64,000 nt of DNA from an uncultured Solibacteraceae bacterium (GCA_963825405.1 CAWGTB010000012.1:121615-185614), one strand, 5' to 3'. Shown: positions 39,848 through 49,679, numbered from the stretch's first letter. Notes: generated from the sequence alone by a model not told the origin. A program made the numbers and translations.

Positions 39848-41092
39848 TCATTGTAGTAGAGATGCTTCCACTTCCGCCGCTACGGCGAGCAGAGCGCTGT
39901 CGGCGCCCGCGGCCGCGACAAGCTGCAATCCGAGCGGCAAGCCCTCTCGCACCGGCATGGGCACGGAGATCGCCGCGACGCCCAGCGCCGTCCATGGCGA
40001 GTTGAGCCGCGGATCGCCGGTCGACGCGAGACCGTCGGGCGCCGGGCCGGGCGCTGCAGGCGTGGCCAGTACGGAGTGTGACCGGAACAAATCGCTCATT
40101 TCCTGTTTCAACGCGGCAATGAGCGTCAGGGCCGCGGCGTACTTTTCGTAATGAATGCCCATGCCTTCCTCGACCAGTTGCGCAAGCTTCGCACCGATCG
40201 CGGCCCCATGTTCGAGCCAACGCTTTTCGTGGGTGCGCGCGCCTTCGTAATTGTTGACGAGGCGCACGGCAGGCAGCAGTTCCGGGAATTGTGCGGGCGT
40301 GTCGATGGTGTCGACTGCCCAACCATTGCTACGCAGGCTATCCAGCGCAGAGTAAAACGCGTGCTCCATGACGGGATCGACTGCCGGGATCTGCGAAGGC
40401 ACAGTAATTGAGTGGCCCGCTGCAGCCCCTTGAAATCCCATCAGCCGCCACAGCCGCTGCATATCGTCGGCCGTCTGCGTAAACAATCCCGCCGTGTCAA
40501 GCGATGGCGCGAATGGCAGCACGCCCTCCAGCGGCAGCAGCCCCCGCGTGGGCTTAAATCCCGCCACGCCGCAGAACGATGCCGGCCGCAGCACAGATCC
40601 CTGCGTCTGCGAACCCAGCGCAAACGGAACCATGCCCGCCGCCACGGCCGCCGCCGAACCGCTGGAACTGCCGCCGGGCGTTCGCGTGAGATCGCGTGGA
40701 TTGCGCGTGGGCGCGGGATCGAAATAGGCGAACGCCGTAGTCTGCGTCTTGCCCAGCAGCACCGCGCCTAGTCCGCGCAACTGGGCGACCAGCGCGGCAT
40801 CGATCGAGCCAATCCGGCCGGCATAGAGGGGTGAGCCGTAGGCGGTGATCATTCCGCGCGTCTCAAAAATGTCTTTGGCTCCGAAAGGGATTCCCGCCAG
40901 CGGTCCCGCGCCCGTTGCCGCTTGAGGCGAAACCTGCACCCAGGCCTGCAACTGCGGCTCGCGCTCGGCAATGCGCGCCAGGCAAATTTCCAGCAATTGC
41001 GCGGGTGTTTTTTCCCCTGCATCCCGCCATTCCAGAAATTGCCGCAACATGCCGAGCGCCATACGGAATCCCACTATAATGTGTCCAGACAT
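39848..41092 (-). CDS. amidase-signature family amidase
   Basis: Contains GGSSSGSAAAVAAGMVPFALGSQTQGSVLRPASFCGVAGFKPTRG. The real start may be an internal Met (MALGM or MLRQF) at 41062 or 41050. Confidence 0.85.
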   Translation of the reverse strand: MSGHIIVGFRMALGMLRQFLEWRDAGEKTPAQLLEICLARIAEREPQLQAWVQVSPQAATGAGPLAGIPFGAKDIFETRGMITAYGSPLYAGRIGSIDAALVAQLRGLGAVLLGKTQTTAFAYFDPAPTRNPRDLTRTPGGSSSGSAAAVAAGMVPFALGSQTQGSVLRPASFCGVAGFKPTRGLLPLEGVLPFAPSLDTAGLFTQTADDMQRLWRLMGFQGAAAGHSITVPSQIPAVDPVMEHAFYSALDSLRSNGWAVDTIDTPAQFPELLPAVRLVNNYEGARTHEKRWLEHGAAIGAKLAQLVEEGMGIHYEKYAAALTLIAALKQEMSDLFRSHSVLATPAAPGPAPDGLASTGDPRLNSPWTALGVAAISVPMPVREGLPLGLQLVAAAGADSALLAVAAEVEASLLQ

Positions 41093-42050
41093 GAAACCCT
41101 ACTGCGTCCTGCTCACATTTCTTCTGCCGCTTGCGGCTCAGGTGAAGATTGAGCAGGGAGACAACCACATCACCGTGCAGATCGACGGCAAGCCCTACAC
41201 CACGCTGTTCTATGGCCCCGACACGATGAAGCCCTACATGTATCCGCTGCGCGCCGCGTCCGGAAAAATCGTCACACGCGGGTATCCCATGGAAAAGATC
41301 GAAGGCGAATCCACGGATCATCCGCATCATCGCGGCCTATGGTTCGGCCACGGCAGCGTGAACGGATTTACATTTTGGGATAACGAAGTGTCGCAGAAAA
41401 CCGCCAAGACCGGCCACATGACGCTCAAACATGTCGACCGCCTGACCAGCGGAAAGAAATCCGGATCGCTCGCCATCCAGTTTGAGTGGCAGGATGCGCA
41501 GGGCAAGCCGCTGCTGCTGGAGTCCAGAAAAATGATTTTCTACGGCGGCGCGAAGGATCGCATTGTGGATTTCGACGCCACGCTCACCGCCATCGAAACC
41601 GCCAAATTCGTGGATACCAAGGAAGGGATCTTTGCCATCCGCCTGGCCTCTGGCCTGGAATCGCCCTCGCGCGATTCGCTTCCCAGCCCTAAGCGCACAG
41701 GCGTGATGACCAGTTCAACCGGTGGTCACGGCGAGAAAGAAATCTGGGGGCGGCAAGCGGAGTGGGTGGACTACGCCGGCGATGTGGAAGGCGAGAAGCT
41801 GGGCATCGCGATTCTGGATCATCCGGAAAATTTCCGCCATCCCACTTACTGGCACGCGCGCGGCTATGGGCTGTTCGCGGCCAATCCTTTTGGCTTGCAC
41901 GATTTTCTGAACGACAAGACCGCCGATGGCAGCAAGACGCTCGAGGCGGGACAATCTATGCGCTTCCGCTACCGCGTGATCATCCATTCCGGCGATACGG
42001 CCAGCGCCAATCTCGCGGACAAGTATAAGCAGTACGCGGCTGGGCACTAG
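41091..42050 (+). CDS. PmoA-like (DUF6807) family exported protein
   Basis: Start at MKPYCVLLTFLLPLAAQ. Contains TDHPHHRGLWFGHGSVNGFTFWDNE and ILDHPENFRHPTYWHARGYGLFAANPF. Confidence 0.6.
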   Translation: MKPYCVLLTFLLPLAAQVKIEQGDNHITVQIDGKPYTTLFYGPDTMKPYMYPLRAASGKIVTRGYPMEKIEGESTDHPHHRGLWFGHGSVNGFTFWDNEVSQKTAKTGHMTLKHVDRLTSGKKSGSLAIQFEWQDAQGKPLLLESRKMIFYGGAKDRIVDFDATLTAIETAKFVDTKEGIFAIRLASGLESPSRDSLPSPKRTGVMTSSTGGHGEKEIWGRQAEWVDYAGDVEGEKLGIAILDHPENFRHPTYWHARGYGLFAANPFGLHDFLNDKTADGSKTLEAGQSMRFRYRVIIHSGDTASANLADKYKQYAAGH

Positions 42051-42709
42051 GCCAATTCAGATGCAACCGCGCGGTGACGGTCAAACCACCAGGCCCATAG
42101 CGGATATAACCACGTGACCAACTCGAACCGAGCCAAAAATTCCGGGCTGGGCGGCGGTGGTCCGAAAGCCGTGGCGGCATAGCTAATCGCCTGTAAGGCG
42201 ACGAAACTCCAAAGGGCGTAGTGGCCCACGGCGTCGCGCGGGCGCGTCAGCGACATGTACAGCCAAATTCCTGCCGCGAACATCGCGCTCTCAATCGCGA
42301 TCGTTGCCGGCGCGGAATTCCAAAGCTCAAAGCCGACGCGCGCGCTCCTGCCCGCTAGAATGGGCAGGTCGGGCCTATGCGTTACGGCATCCAGGACCCA
42401 GTGGCTGAGCACGCCCCCGCTCACCACCATCGCCCCGGCGACGTAGCGCGAGTACACCCAATACAGAAATCCGGACAGCGCGGCCCAGCCGCACGCTGCG
42501 GCCCAGCTATGCGAATAGGGAAAAGAAACAAAATCCAGCGGCGTGAACACCGTGTTGCCCGGATCAATGCGCACCTTCTCCCATCCCGTCATCAGGAAGA
42601 AAGGCCAGAGCAGGTCAGGCAGCATCGGGGCAGCCATCAACACGCCAAGCGAAGCACGTGGCGCGATGCTTTTAGATGCAAATCCCACTGCTGAATGCCC
42701 GATGAACAT
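42047..42709 (-). CDS. membrane-bound metal-dependent hydrolase-like protein (YdjM/DUF457-like)
   Basis: 220 aa, polytopic. Contains MFIGHSAVG and SHWVLDAVTHRPD His/Asp motifs. Confidence 0.5.
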   Translation of the reverse strand: MFIGHSAVGFASKSIAPRASLGVLMAAPMLPDLLWPFFLMTGWEKVRIDPGNTVFTPLDFVSFPYSHSWAAACGWAALSGFLYWVYSRYVAGAMVVSGGVLSHWVLDAVTHRPDLPILAGRSARVGFELWNSAPATIAIESAMFAAGIWLYMSLTRPRDAVGHYALWSFVALQAISYAATAFGPPPPSPEFLARFELVTWLYPLWAWWFDRHRAVASELA

Positions 42710-42720
42710 TCACCGATCTC

Positions 42721-43338
42721 CTACCCGCTGTAGAGTTCGCGCACCCGCGCCACGATGGATTCCGGCACCAGATGTTCCCATGGAAGGCCCGTTACAATTC
42801 GATGCCGTACTTCGGTTGCGGAAATGCTACCGTAATCTTCCGCCAGCCGCAACTTGTGTATGCGGGCGCGCAAGTGGGGCGGGGGCGTGTACTCGCCGCC
42901 GCGCGCCGCCACCAGCAATTCGAAGCGATCCAGCATTTTTTGAAATGCCCCGGCCTCGCCGTAATCCCAATTGACAATGCGCTCGGCGGCGTCGCGGCCG
43001 CACACAAACAGCAAGCGCGTCGCCGGGTCGTAGGAGCCGGCTAATTCGTCAGCGATTTCAATGAACAATCCGCGCTCGGAAGCGGCCACGGAAAAGCGCG
43101 GTTCATCGGCAACGGCATCCTGAACCAGGCGTAGGCGCTCCGCGAATCCGGGACCTTCGTAGGATTTGTGGGGAAACGCACGCGGCAGTACCAGGAGGGT
43201 TTCATCGGCGTGATCGAGAGCTGCCGAGGCTAACGCCAGATGGGCGCGGGTGGGCGGATTGAAGGCCGCCGAAAGCACTGCCAAGCTTGCAGGCGAACCT
43301 GCGGCGCGGCGGAAGAATTCCACTCGCCATGTTAGCAT
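42721..43338 (-). CDS. cytidylyltransferase-fold protein, NadD (nicotinate-nucleotide adenylyltransferase)-like with degenerate HxGH motif
   Basis: Contains LSAAFNPPTRAH in place of GGxFxPxHxGH, plus ISATEVRHRI (ISSTxIR-like). Confidence 0.5.
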   Translation of the reverse strand: MLTWRVEFFRRAAGSPASLAVLSAAFNPPTRAHLALASAALDHADETLLVLPRAFPHKSYEGPGFAERLRLVQDAVADEPRFSVAASERGLFIEIADELAGSYDPATRLLFVCGRDAAERIVNWDYGEAGAFQKMLDRFELLVAARGGEYTPPPHLRARIHKLRLAEDYGSISATEVRHRIVTGLPWEHLVPESIVARVRELYSG

Positions 43339-43344
43339 TTTTTC

Positions 43345-43374
43345 TTGATCCGGCAGCCTCCCGACCGCTATACT
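43345..43374 (+). promoter_or_regulatory. candidate promoter TTGATC, 18-nt spacer, TATACT upstream of the small HTH gene
   Basis: Hexamers read directly at 43345..43350 and 43369..43374, 26 nt upstream of the ATG at 43400. Confidence 0.3.
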
Positions 43375-43399
43375 GGCTCTTTCGCTGACCGTATTTTTT

Positions 43400-43666
43400 A
43401 TGACGGCGAGAGAAAATTTCGATCCCCTGGCCCCGCAACGGGAGGCGGCCTTTTTTTACGGGCTCTTTCTGCGCGGCCATTCCGTCGAAGCCCTGCGCCA
43501 GGACATCGATGTTCCCCGCTCCATGCTCGATAAGTGGTTACAAGCCAGGGATTTCGAGGAGTCGTTCCGGCAGTCCCTCCACCAGGTTTACGTCTACCGC
43601 AAACAAGTGCTGGCGATTTTTGACGGTCTTGTAATGAACGAAAATATCCGCCCCCGAGTACAATAG
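43400..43666 (+). CDS. small HTH-like protein, unknown function
   Basis: 88 aa. LRGHSVEALRQDIDVPRSMLDKWLQ resembles a helix-turn-helix. Lies 19 nt upstream of the DHS-like gene. Confidence 0.4.
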   Translation: MTARENFDPLAPQREAAFFYGLFLRGHSVEALRQDIDVPRSMLDKWLQARDFEESFRQSLHQVYVYRKQVLAIFDGLVMNENIRPRVQ

Positions 43667-43685
43667 CAGTTACGTCCCCGACAAC

Positions 43686-44729
43686 ATGAAACCGAAACAG
43701 AGTAAGAAGCGGATTCTCTCCGTACCTACGCGCCCGTTCGACCCGGTGGGAGCAGTAACTGCATCCGAAGTCCTCGAGCGCATGCAGGGCACGGCGTTTC
43801 AAGGCAAGCAGTTGGGCCTGGCTTTTGAAGTCTGGAAGAAAATGCTGGGCGACAATTGCACCATCATGATGGGCATGAGCGGCGCCATGGTGCCCGCCGG
43901 CATGCGCCGCCTGGTGGTCCGCATGATCGAGCACCGCCTCATCGATTGCCTGGTCTCTACCGGCGCTAATTTCTTCCACGACCTGCATGAAACCAAGGGC
44001 AACTTCCACTACCAGGGCTCCCATCAGATGGACGATGTGGCGCTTGGTGAAGCGCTCATCGATCGCATGTACGATGTCCTGGCAGACGAAGAAAAATTCC
44101 GCCAGCACGATCAGTGGATCGGCCGCTTCGCGGCTGCGCTCGACCAAAGCCGCCCCTACACGACGCGAGAATTTCTGTATCTACTGGGCCTCGAGCTGGG
44201 CAAGCATGCAAAAGAAGACGGCATTGTGACGGCAGCGGCCAAAGCTGGCATTCCGCTCTACTGCCCTGCGGTCGCCGATAGTTCCATTGGCATCGGCATC
44301 GCGGCCAATCGCTATGAGGGCGGCAACCACTTCACCTTCGACGTGATTGGCGATGTCGTGGAAACCGCGCGCATTGTCGCCGAATCCAAGAATACCGGCG
44401 TCATCTATTTCGGCGGTGGCACGCCCAAGAATTTCGTGCAGCAAACCGAAGTCACCGCCATCATCATGAATTCCGGCGTCACCGGCCACAAATACGCCGT
44501 GCAATGCGTCACCGATTCGCCGCATTGGGGTGGCCTCTCGGGATGCACGTTCGAAGAAGCGCAGAGCTGGGGGAAGATCGCCAAAGACGCGTCCATGGTG
44601 ACCTGTCATTCGGATTCGACGATCGCCATGCCCATCCTCGTTTCGGCGCTGCTTCAGCAAAAAGATTTGATCCGCAAACGCCGCCGTCCAAAATTCACCA
44701 TGGGGCGCGAACTGGGCATAAAGGCATAG
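43686..44729 (+). CDS. deoxyhypusine synthase-like protein (bacterial DHS/homospermidine-synthase-type)
   Basis: 347 aa with MSGAMVPAGMR, STGANFFHDL, YFGGGTPKNF and EEAQSWGKI (catalytic-Lys motif retained). Confidence 0.85.
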   Translation: MKPKQSKKRILSVPTRPFDPVGAVTASEVLERMQGTAFQGKQLGLAFEVWKKMLGDNCTIMMGMSGAMVPAGMRRLVVRMIEHRLIDCLVSTGANFFHDLHETKGNFHYQGSHQMDDVALGEALIDRMYDVLADEEKFRQHDQWIGRFAAALDQSRPYTTREFLYLLGLELGKHAKEDGIVTAAAKAGIPLYCPAVADSSIGIGIAANRYEGGNHFTFDVIGDVVETARIVAESKNTGVIYFGGGTPKNFVQQTEVTAIIMNSGVTGHKYAVQCVTDSPHWGGLSGCTFEEAQSWGKIAKDASMVTCHSDSTIAMPILVSALLQQKDLIRKRRRPKFTMGRELGIKA

Positions 44730-44733
44730 CGCC

Positions 44734-45406
44734 TTACGCCGGTTGCCCGGGATCGATCTTACACGGAGTCGAGATCGCGTCGGCGAAAGCTTGGAACAGC
44801 TTGCGCTGATCTTCGTCGTGGCTTGCCCGATCTTCGGGATGCCATTGGACCGCCACCGCGAAGCGCCTGTCGTTGCGCTCGAGGCCTTCAATGGTTCCGT
44901 CGTCGGAGGTAGCCGAAACTTGCAGTCCTTCGCCCGGCCTGTCGACCACTTGATGATGCCGCGAGTTCACCGGATGATCGCCCTCCCCCAGAATCTCCGC
45001 CAGCTTGGTTTCGGGTGCGACGGTCACATTGTGCAGTTCGGCGGCTGGCTTCTCATGCCCTTCCCGATGCTGGTCCAGAGTACCGCCGTGATGCACATTG
45101 AAAAGCTGCATGCCGCGGCAAATCGCCAGCACGGGCAGATCGCGCTCCAACGCTTCGCCCAGCAGCCGGTCTTCCAGTTCATCGCGGGCGTCATCCGGTT
45201 GCTGCGTCTCGGGATGCGGCGCTTGGCCATAGCGGTTTGGATTCAAGTCGCAGCCGCCGCTGATCAGTAAGCCATCGAGCGAGTCGAGCGATACCGCATC
45301 ACCGGCCCGTAGCGGCACTGGCTCCAGCCCCACGAGGCGCAAGTGCGTCTGCATAAGGCTTCAACTTTTCCGGATTGTTGTACGTGATCCCGACCCGTTT
45401 GCCCAT
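44734..45406 (-). CDS. gamma-glutamyl-GABA hydrolase-like class-I glutamine amidotransferase (peptidase C26, PuuD-like), frame broken near 45340
   Basis: N-terminus MGKRVGITYNNPEKLKPYADAL (ATG at 45406), then (+1 frame) RLVGLEP...GGCDLNP...AICRGMQL...VQWHPE. Confidence 0.8.
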
Positions 45407-45430
45407 GTCTGTTATTCTGATTCTCTCGGC

Positions 45431-46709
45431 ATGAAAATCACAAGCGTGCGGTCATTTCTGCTGTCGTATCCGTTTGCAGAACCGATCCACCTGCCGTTCT
45501 ACGGCGGCTACCGCACCATCCTGAAGCGCGATGCCATGCTGATCCGCGTAGCTGCGGACAACGGCCTGGTGGGTTATGCTCCCGGCCCCGCCAGTGAGAA
45601 CGCCCAGCGCGCCATTGAGAAGACCATCGCACCTTATCTGGAAGGCCACAATCTGGCCGATCCCGACGCCCTGCGCATTCCGTTTCTGGATGGGCCGGGA
45701 CAGCGGCCCGATCTCGCCAAGACTTATTCCGCCGTTGAAATCGCGCTCTACGATCTGGTTGCGAAAGCGCGCGGAGTGCCGCTTTCCGAGATGATCGGCG
45801 GACGCATCCGCGATCGCATTCGCCTCTATGGCAGCGCCGGTATGTATATGCCGCCGGTCGGCTATGCGGAGGAAGCCGCCGCCGTTGCCGCGCAGGGATT
45901 TCGCGGCTACAAGATGCGGCCTGCACTTGGTCCGGAGCAGGATTTGGAAACCATCCGCCTCGTCCGCTTGGCCACCGGCCCCGACATCGACATCATGGTG
46001 GATGCGCACACCTGGTGGCGCATGGGCGACCGCAATTACGATGCTCTAACTGTCGAGGAGCTAGCGCGTGACATGGCGCAGTATCGCGTGGCCTGGCTCG
46101 AAGAACCGCTGCCGCCTCACGATCACGCTGCTTATCAGCGCCTTCGGCAGACCGATTACCTGCCGTTGGCCAGCGGCGAGCATGAGCCGGATGAGCTGGG
46201 CTATCTCGACCTGATCCTCAGCGAAAGCGTGGATTACGTGCAGATGGATGTTTGCTGCCAGGGCGGATTCGCCATGGGACGGCGCATTTTTTCCGAGATC
46301 GCGCATCAGGGTCTGAAATTCGCGTTTCACAGTTGGGGCACCGCGCTCGAAGTGCTGGCCGCCGCGCATCTGGGAATCTGCTGGCCGGAGATGATTGTCG
46401 AATGGCTGGAATATCCGTGCTATGCCACGCTGACGAGTGCAGGTATGTACCCCTTTCCGCTGGCGCAGGAAATTTTGCAGGAACCTCTCGTAATCGACGC
46501 CGGCGATCTGGTGGTTCCTAAAGGGCCGGGTTTAGGCATCGCAATCGACGAATCCGTAATCGAGCGTTATCCATGGATTCCGGGGCCATGGTCGTACTTC
46601 CACATCGATTCTCCGGCGCAAACTTTGGCGGTTACCTCCGATCACAGCCTGCCCTGGGCGGGCAACCCCAAAAAAGGCAACGCCAGCGGGGGCAGCCGGA
46701 CTAGAATAG
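45431..46709 (+). CDS. enolase-superfamily enzyme (mandelate racemase/muconate lactonizing family); as sequenced the ORF runs on to 46978
   Basis: Contains [36 protein letters not shown] and SGEH. Both alternative frames stop at 46704 or 46709, just before the thiG ATG. Confidence 0.75.
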
Positions 46710-46713
46710 AAGC

Positions 46714-47493
46714 ATGCCCGAGAAACTCACAATCGCCGGACGCGAGTTCGCCTCGCGGCTCATTGTCGGGACCGGAAAATATCGCAGCTTCCAGGAAATG
46801 GCGCGCTGCCACGCAGCGTCGGGCGCCGACATGGTCACCGTCGCCGTGCGCCGCGTCAATCTTACCGATCGCAGCAAGGAATCGCTGCTGGATTACATCG
46901 ATCGCTCCAAGCTGTTCATCCTGCCCAATACCGCCGGATGCTACACGGCCGACGACGCCATCCGCACGGCGCGGTTAGGGCGCGAAGTGGGCCTGTCCAA
47001 CTGGGTAAAGCTGGAAGTGATCGGCGACGAAAAAACGCTGTTCCCGGACAACGAAGGCCTGCTCGAAGCTACGCGCGTGCTGGTGAAGGAAGGCTTCATC
47101 GTGCTGCCTTACACCAATGACGATGTGGTCACGGCGCGCAAATTGATCGACGCCGGCGCCGCCGCGGTGATGCCGCTGGCCGCGCCCATCGGCTCGGGCC
47201 TGGGCGTACAAAATGCGACCAACCTGAGAATTCTGCGCGAGATGATCACCCAGGTGCCGATGATCGTCGACGCCGGAGTGGGCACGGCTTCGGACGCCGC
47301 CATTGCGATGGAACTCGGCGCCGACGGCGTGCTCATGAATACCGCGATCGCCGCCGCCGACGATTCCGAAAAAATGGCGGTGGCCATGAAGCTGGGAGTC
47401 GAAGCCGGACGGCTGGCGTATCTGGCGGGCCGCATGCCGCGCAAGCTTTACGCCAGCGCGTCCAGCCCGCTGGCTGGAGTGGTGGGGCAGTAG
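46714..47493 (+). CDS. thiG: thiazole synthase ThiG
   Basis: Contains [35 protein letters not shown] and [18 protein letters not shown]. Confidence 0.9.
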   Translation: MPEKLTIAGREFASRLIVGTGKYRSFQEMARCHAASGADMVTVAVRRVNLTDRSKESLLDYIDRSKLFILPNTAGCYTADDAIRTARLGREVGLSNWVKLEVIGDEKTLFPDNEGLLEATRVLVKEGFIVLPYTNDDVVTARKLIDAGAAAVMPLAAPIGSGLGVQNATNLRILREMITQVPMIVDAGVGTASDAAIAMELGADGVLMNTAIAAADDSEKMAVAMKLGVEAGRLAYLAGRMPRKLYASASSPLAGVVGQ

Positions 47494-47494
47494 C

Positions 47495-47608
47495 TTACTG
47501 CTTTTTCGTTGCGATTTCCTTCTTGAGCTCACGCGTGAGGACGCGGCGCGCAATTTTCTGCTTGCGCAACCTGTTGTGCCGGGCTTTATCGCCGTTACGA
47601 TTGGACAT
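47495..47608 (-). CDS. possible 37-aa highly basic small protein
   Basis: ATG..TAA reads MSNRNGDKARHNRLRKQKIARRVLTRELKKEIATKKQ. GAGGT lies immediately upstream, so the SD spacing is poor. Confidence 0.3.
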   Translation of the reverse strand: MSNRNGDKARHNRLRKQKIARRVLTRELKKEIATKKQ

Positions 47609-47621
47609 ACCTCATTATGCC

Positions 47622-48530
47622 CTATTTGTTGAGATCCACCGCAGCATAGACATCTATGGAGGAGATGGTGAACTCGGTTGCACCATCGGTGGCGCTGTAA
47701 TCTTCCAGAACCGCCTTCTCCGTGCCAAAGGCCGCCAGCGCGTTCTTTGGATACACGCCGCGCACCCGCACCCGCAGCCCTTCCACTTTGCGGCCGCTGT
47801 AGTTGATGAGATGCACCCGGACGCGCGTGTCATCACCATTCAGCCGAACCAGCACCACGTCGCTGCCAAAAATCCGCACCAGCCTTTTTTCATCGGTGAG
47901 CTTCTGCCGGATGAGCGCGGCGAATTGCGAAGGATTGGCCGGCGATTCCGGGCCGATCTGCACGTTTATGTCGTATTTCGGATCGGCCTTGCGCACAACT
48001 TCGAAGAGCAGGTTGCGCCGCGCCAATAGGTTCATCACCTCACCGACCTGTGCGGAGCCGTTATCGATGACCGTGAAATTGGCCAACGCCGGCAATGTTT
48101 CGCCGTCGATACTATGTAGAAAAGCCAGCATTCGCCCAAATCCAGGCAAGCCTTTCGCGTCAACACGAACCACTGCCTCCACACCATTGGCGTACGCCTC
48201 AGCCGCCGCCAGCATGGCCTTGCCCGCCGGCGCGTCGTAGTAGTAGGAGCCGCCGCCCTTTCGCTGAAAACGCCAGCCGTTGGCGTCAATCCAGGGAACG
48301 GTCGTAGCGGACGCTACATCCATCTGGTAACGGACTCCAGGCACCGGCACTTTGACAAAACGCGCAGCATTGAAAACCTGCACGTTGAAGCCAGCGGTTT
48401 TCCACGCCGCTTCCTCGCCAGCGGGGACATACAGCCATTCGACCCCGGCTTGCTTGACCGCGCCCGCCGTGGCCGGACCCTGATCCCAATAGAGCGCCGG
48501 CAGAGCGACCGCCGCGAGAAGTGCCAGCAT
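47622..48530 (-). CDS. secreted hypothetical protein
   Basis: ~302 aa with a hydrophobic N-terminus. Its start overlaps the DUF362 stop (TGATG). I recognised no motif. Confidence 0.6.
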   Translation of the reverse strand: MLALLAAVALPALYWDQGPATAGAVKQAGVEWLYVPAGEEAAWKTAGFNVQVFNAARFVKVPVPGVRYQMDVASATTVPWIDANGWRFQRKGGGSYYYDAPAGKAMLAAAEAYANGVEAVVRVDAKGLPGFGRMLAFLHSIDGETLPALANFTVIDNGSAQVGEVMNLLARRNLLFEVVRKADPKYDINVQIGPESPANPSQFAALIRQKLTDEKRLVRIFGSDVVLVRLNGDDTRVRVHLINYSGRKVEGLRVRVRGVYPKNALAAFGTEKAVLEDYSATDGATEFTISSIDVYAAVDLNK

Positions 48531-49660
48531 CACAGCTCGATTTTTCTCTGTTGAATCTTGCTGATGTCGTACACGCCCAGCCCGAGCGTCGATGCATACT
48601 CAATATGGCCGGGCTCGCGGATGAAGCGATTGATGCTGGGATTGTTGTCGTAGCCGTCGCCCGCTTTGACGTTGTCCATGGAGCGGTCCCACACGGAGAT
48701 GGCGTTCTCGGCCTTGCGCTTGTCGTCGATGACGTCGAGCAGCAGGCGATCCATCGCCACCGGATCGGTCCCGAACATCATCTGCTTGGGATAAAAACGG
48801 AATTTGCGGCTCGGAGAGAACGGCCCGCCATGCCATACGCCGCGCAATCCGTCCATCACATTCAGCACAGTGCGCGAGCGCACGGGCTCGACGGTGGCGA
48901 GGGTGCCGATGAACGAATACGTGTTGCTCTTCGGCCCGGAATGGGAGCGGGCCACGTTGGAAAAACTTCCGTAGGCGATGTTTTTCAGGCAGCCGGTGAC
49001 GCCGGCGGCCCCGTGGTCCTTCATGTTGGGCACGTTGATGATCTTTGTGAACTGCTCCGAAACCGGCCGCGACACATTGGACCGCGTGTCGTCTTCGCCG
49101 AAGAAATTCACCTCGACATACGTGTTCGGATCGTAGCTCTGTATGGATCCCCGATCATGCTCGGCCGTCCAAATGTGCACGCCTGCCGGCAGGTAGCGGT
49201 CGTAGTGCATCGTGTCGACCTGGTTCTGGAAGCGCTCGTAAAGCCAAACCTGCTCGGGCTTCACGCCCACGATTCCCAGGTTGCGCACGATCTCGGCAAT
49301 CACTTCGGGCGTCGACGCCGTACCGGGCGCGCCCGAGCAATTCAGCTTGATGCCGACCACGTCCGCCGGCGTGAAAAATCGCGCCCAGCTATCGCGCGTG
49401 TCGGCATCGCCGGTGAGCGCGCGCATGCCGCGGGTCATCATTTCGCGGACAGTGGCCACGTCTACCTTTTCTGTTTTGGCGTCGATCGCGCTCTCGGCGT
49501 GGACGCGCGCCACCGTTCCCGGAAAAATTCCAGGCATCCCCGGCGGCGTGGCAGGCTGATAGCGGGTCACGATGCGATACTTCGGCAGCGGCTCTCTGAC
49601 CTCGGCGGCAAACACGGCCGGAGTTGCGGCTGCTGCCTGCAAAAAGGTGCGGCGTTTCAT
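48530..49660 (-). CDS. Tat-exported DUF362-like protein
   Basis: Start at MKRRTFLQAAAATPAVFAAEV (twin-arginine motif). VVGIKLNCSGAPG..TPEVIAEIV resembles DUF362. Confidence 0.55.
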   Translation of the reverse strand: MKRRTFLQAAAATPAVFAAEVREPLPKYRIVTRYQPATPPGMPGIFPGTVARVHAESAIDAKTEKVDVATVREMMTRGMRALTGDADTRDSWARFFTPADVVGIKLNCSGAPGTASTPEVIAEIVRNLGIVGVKPEQVWLYERFQNQVDTMHYDRYLPAGVHIWTAEHDRGSIQSYDPNTYVEVNFFGEDDTRSNVSRPVSEQFTKIINVPNMKDHGAAGVTGCLKNIAYGSFSNVARSHSGPKSNTYSFIGTLATVEPVRSRTVLNVMDGLRGVWHGGPFSPSRKFRFYPKQMMFGTDPVAMDRLLLDVIDDKRKAENAISVWDRSMDNVKAGDGYDNNPSINRFIREPGHIEYASTLGLGVYDISKIQQRKIEL

Positions 49661-49679
49661 ATGTCGATGATAAATCCGG

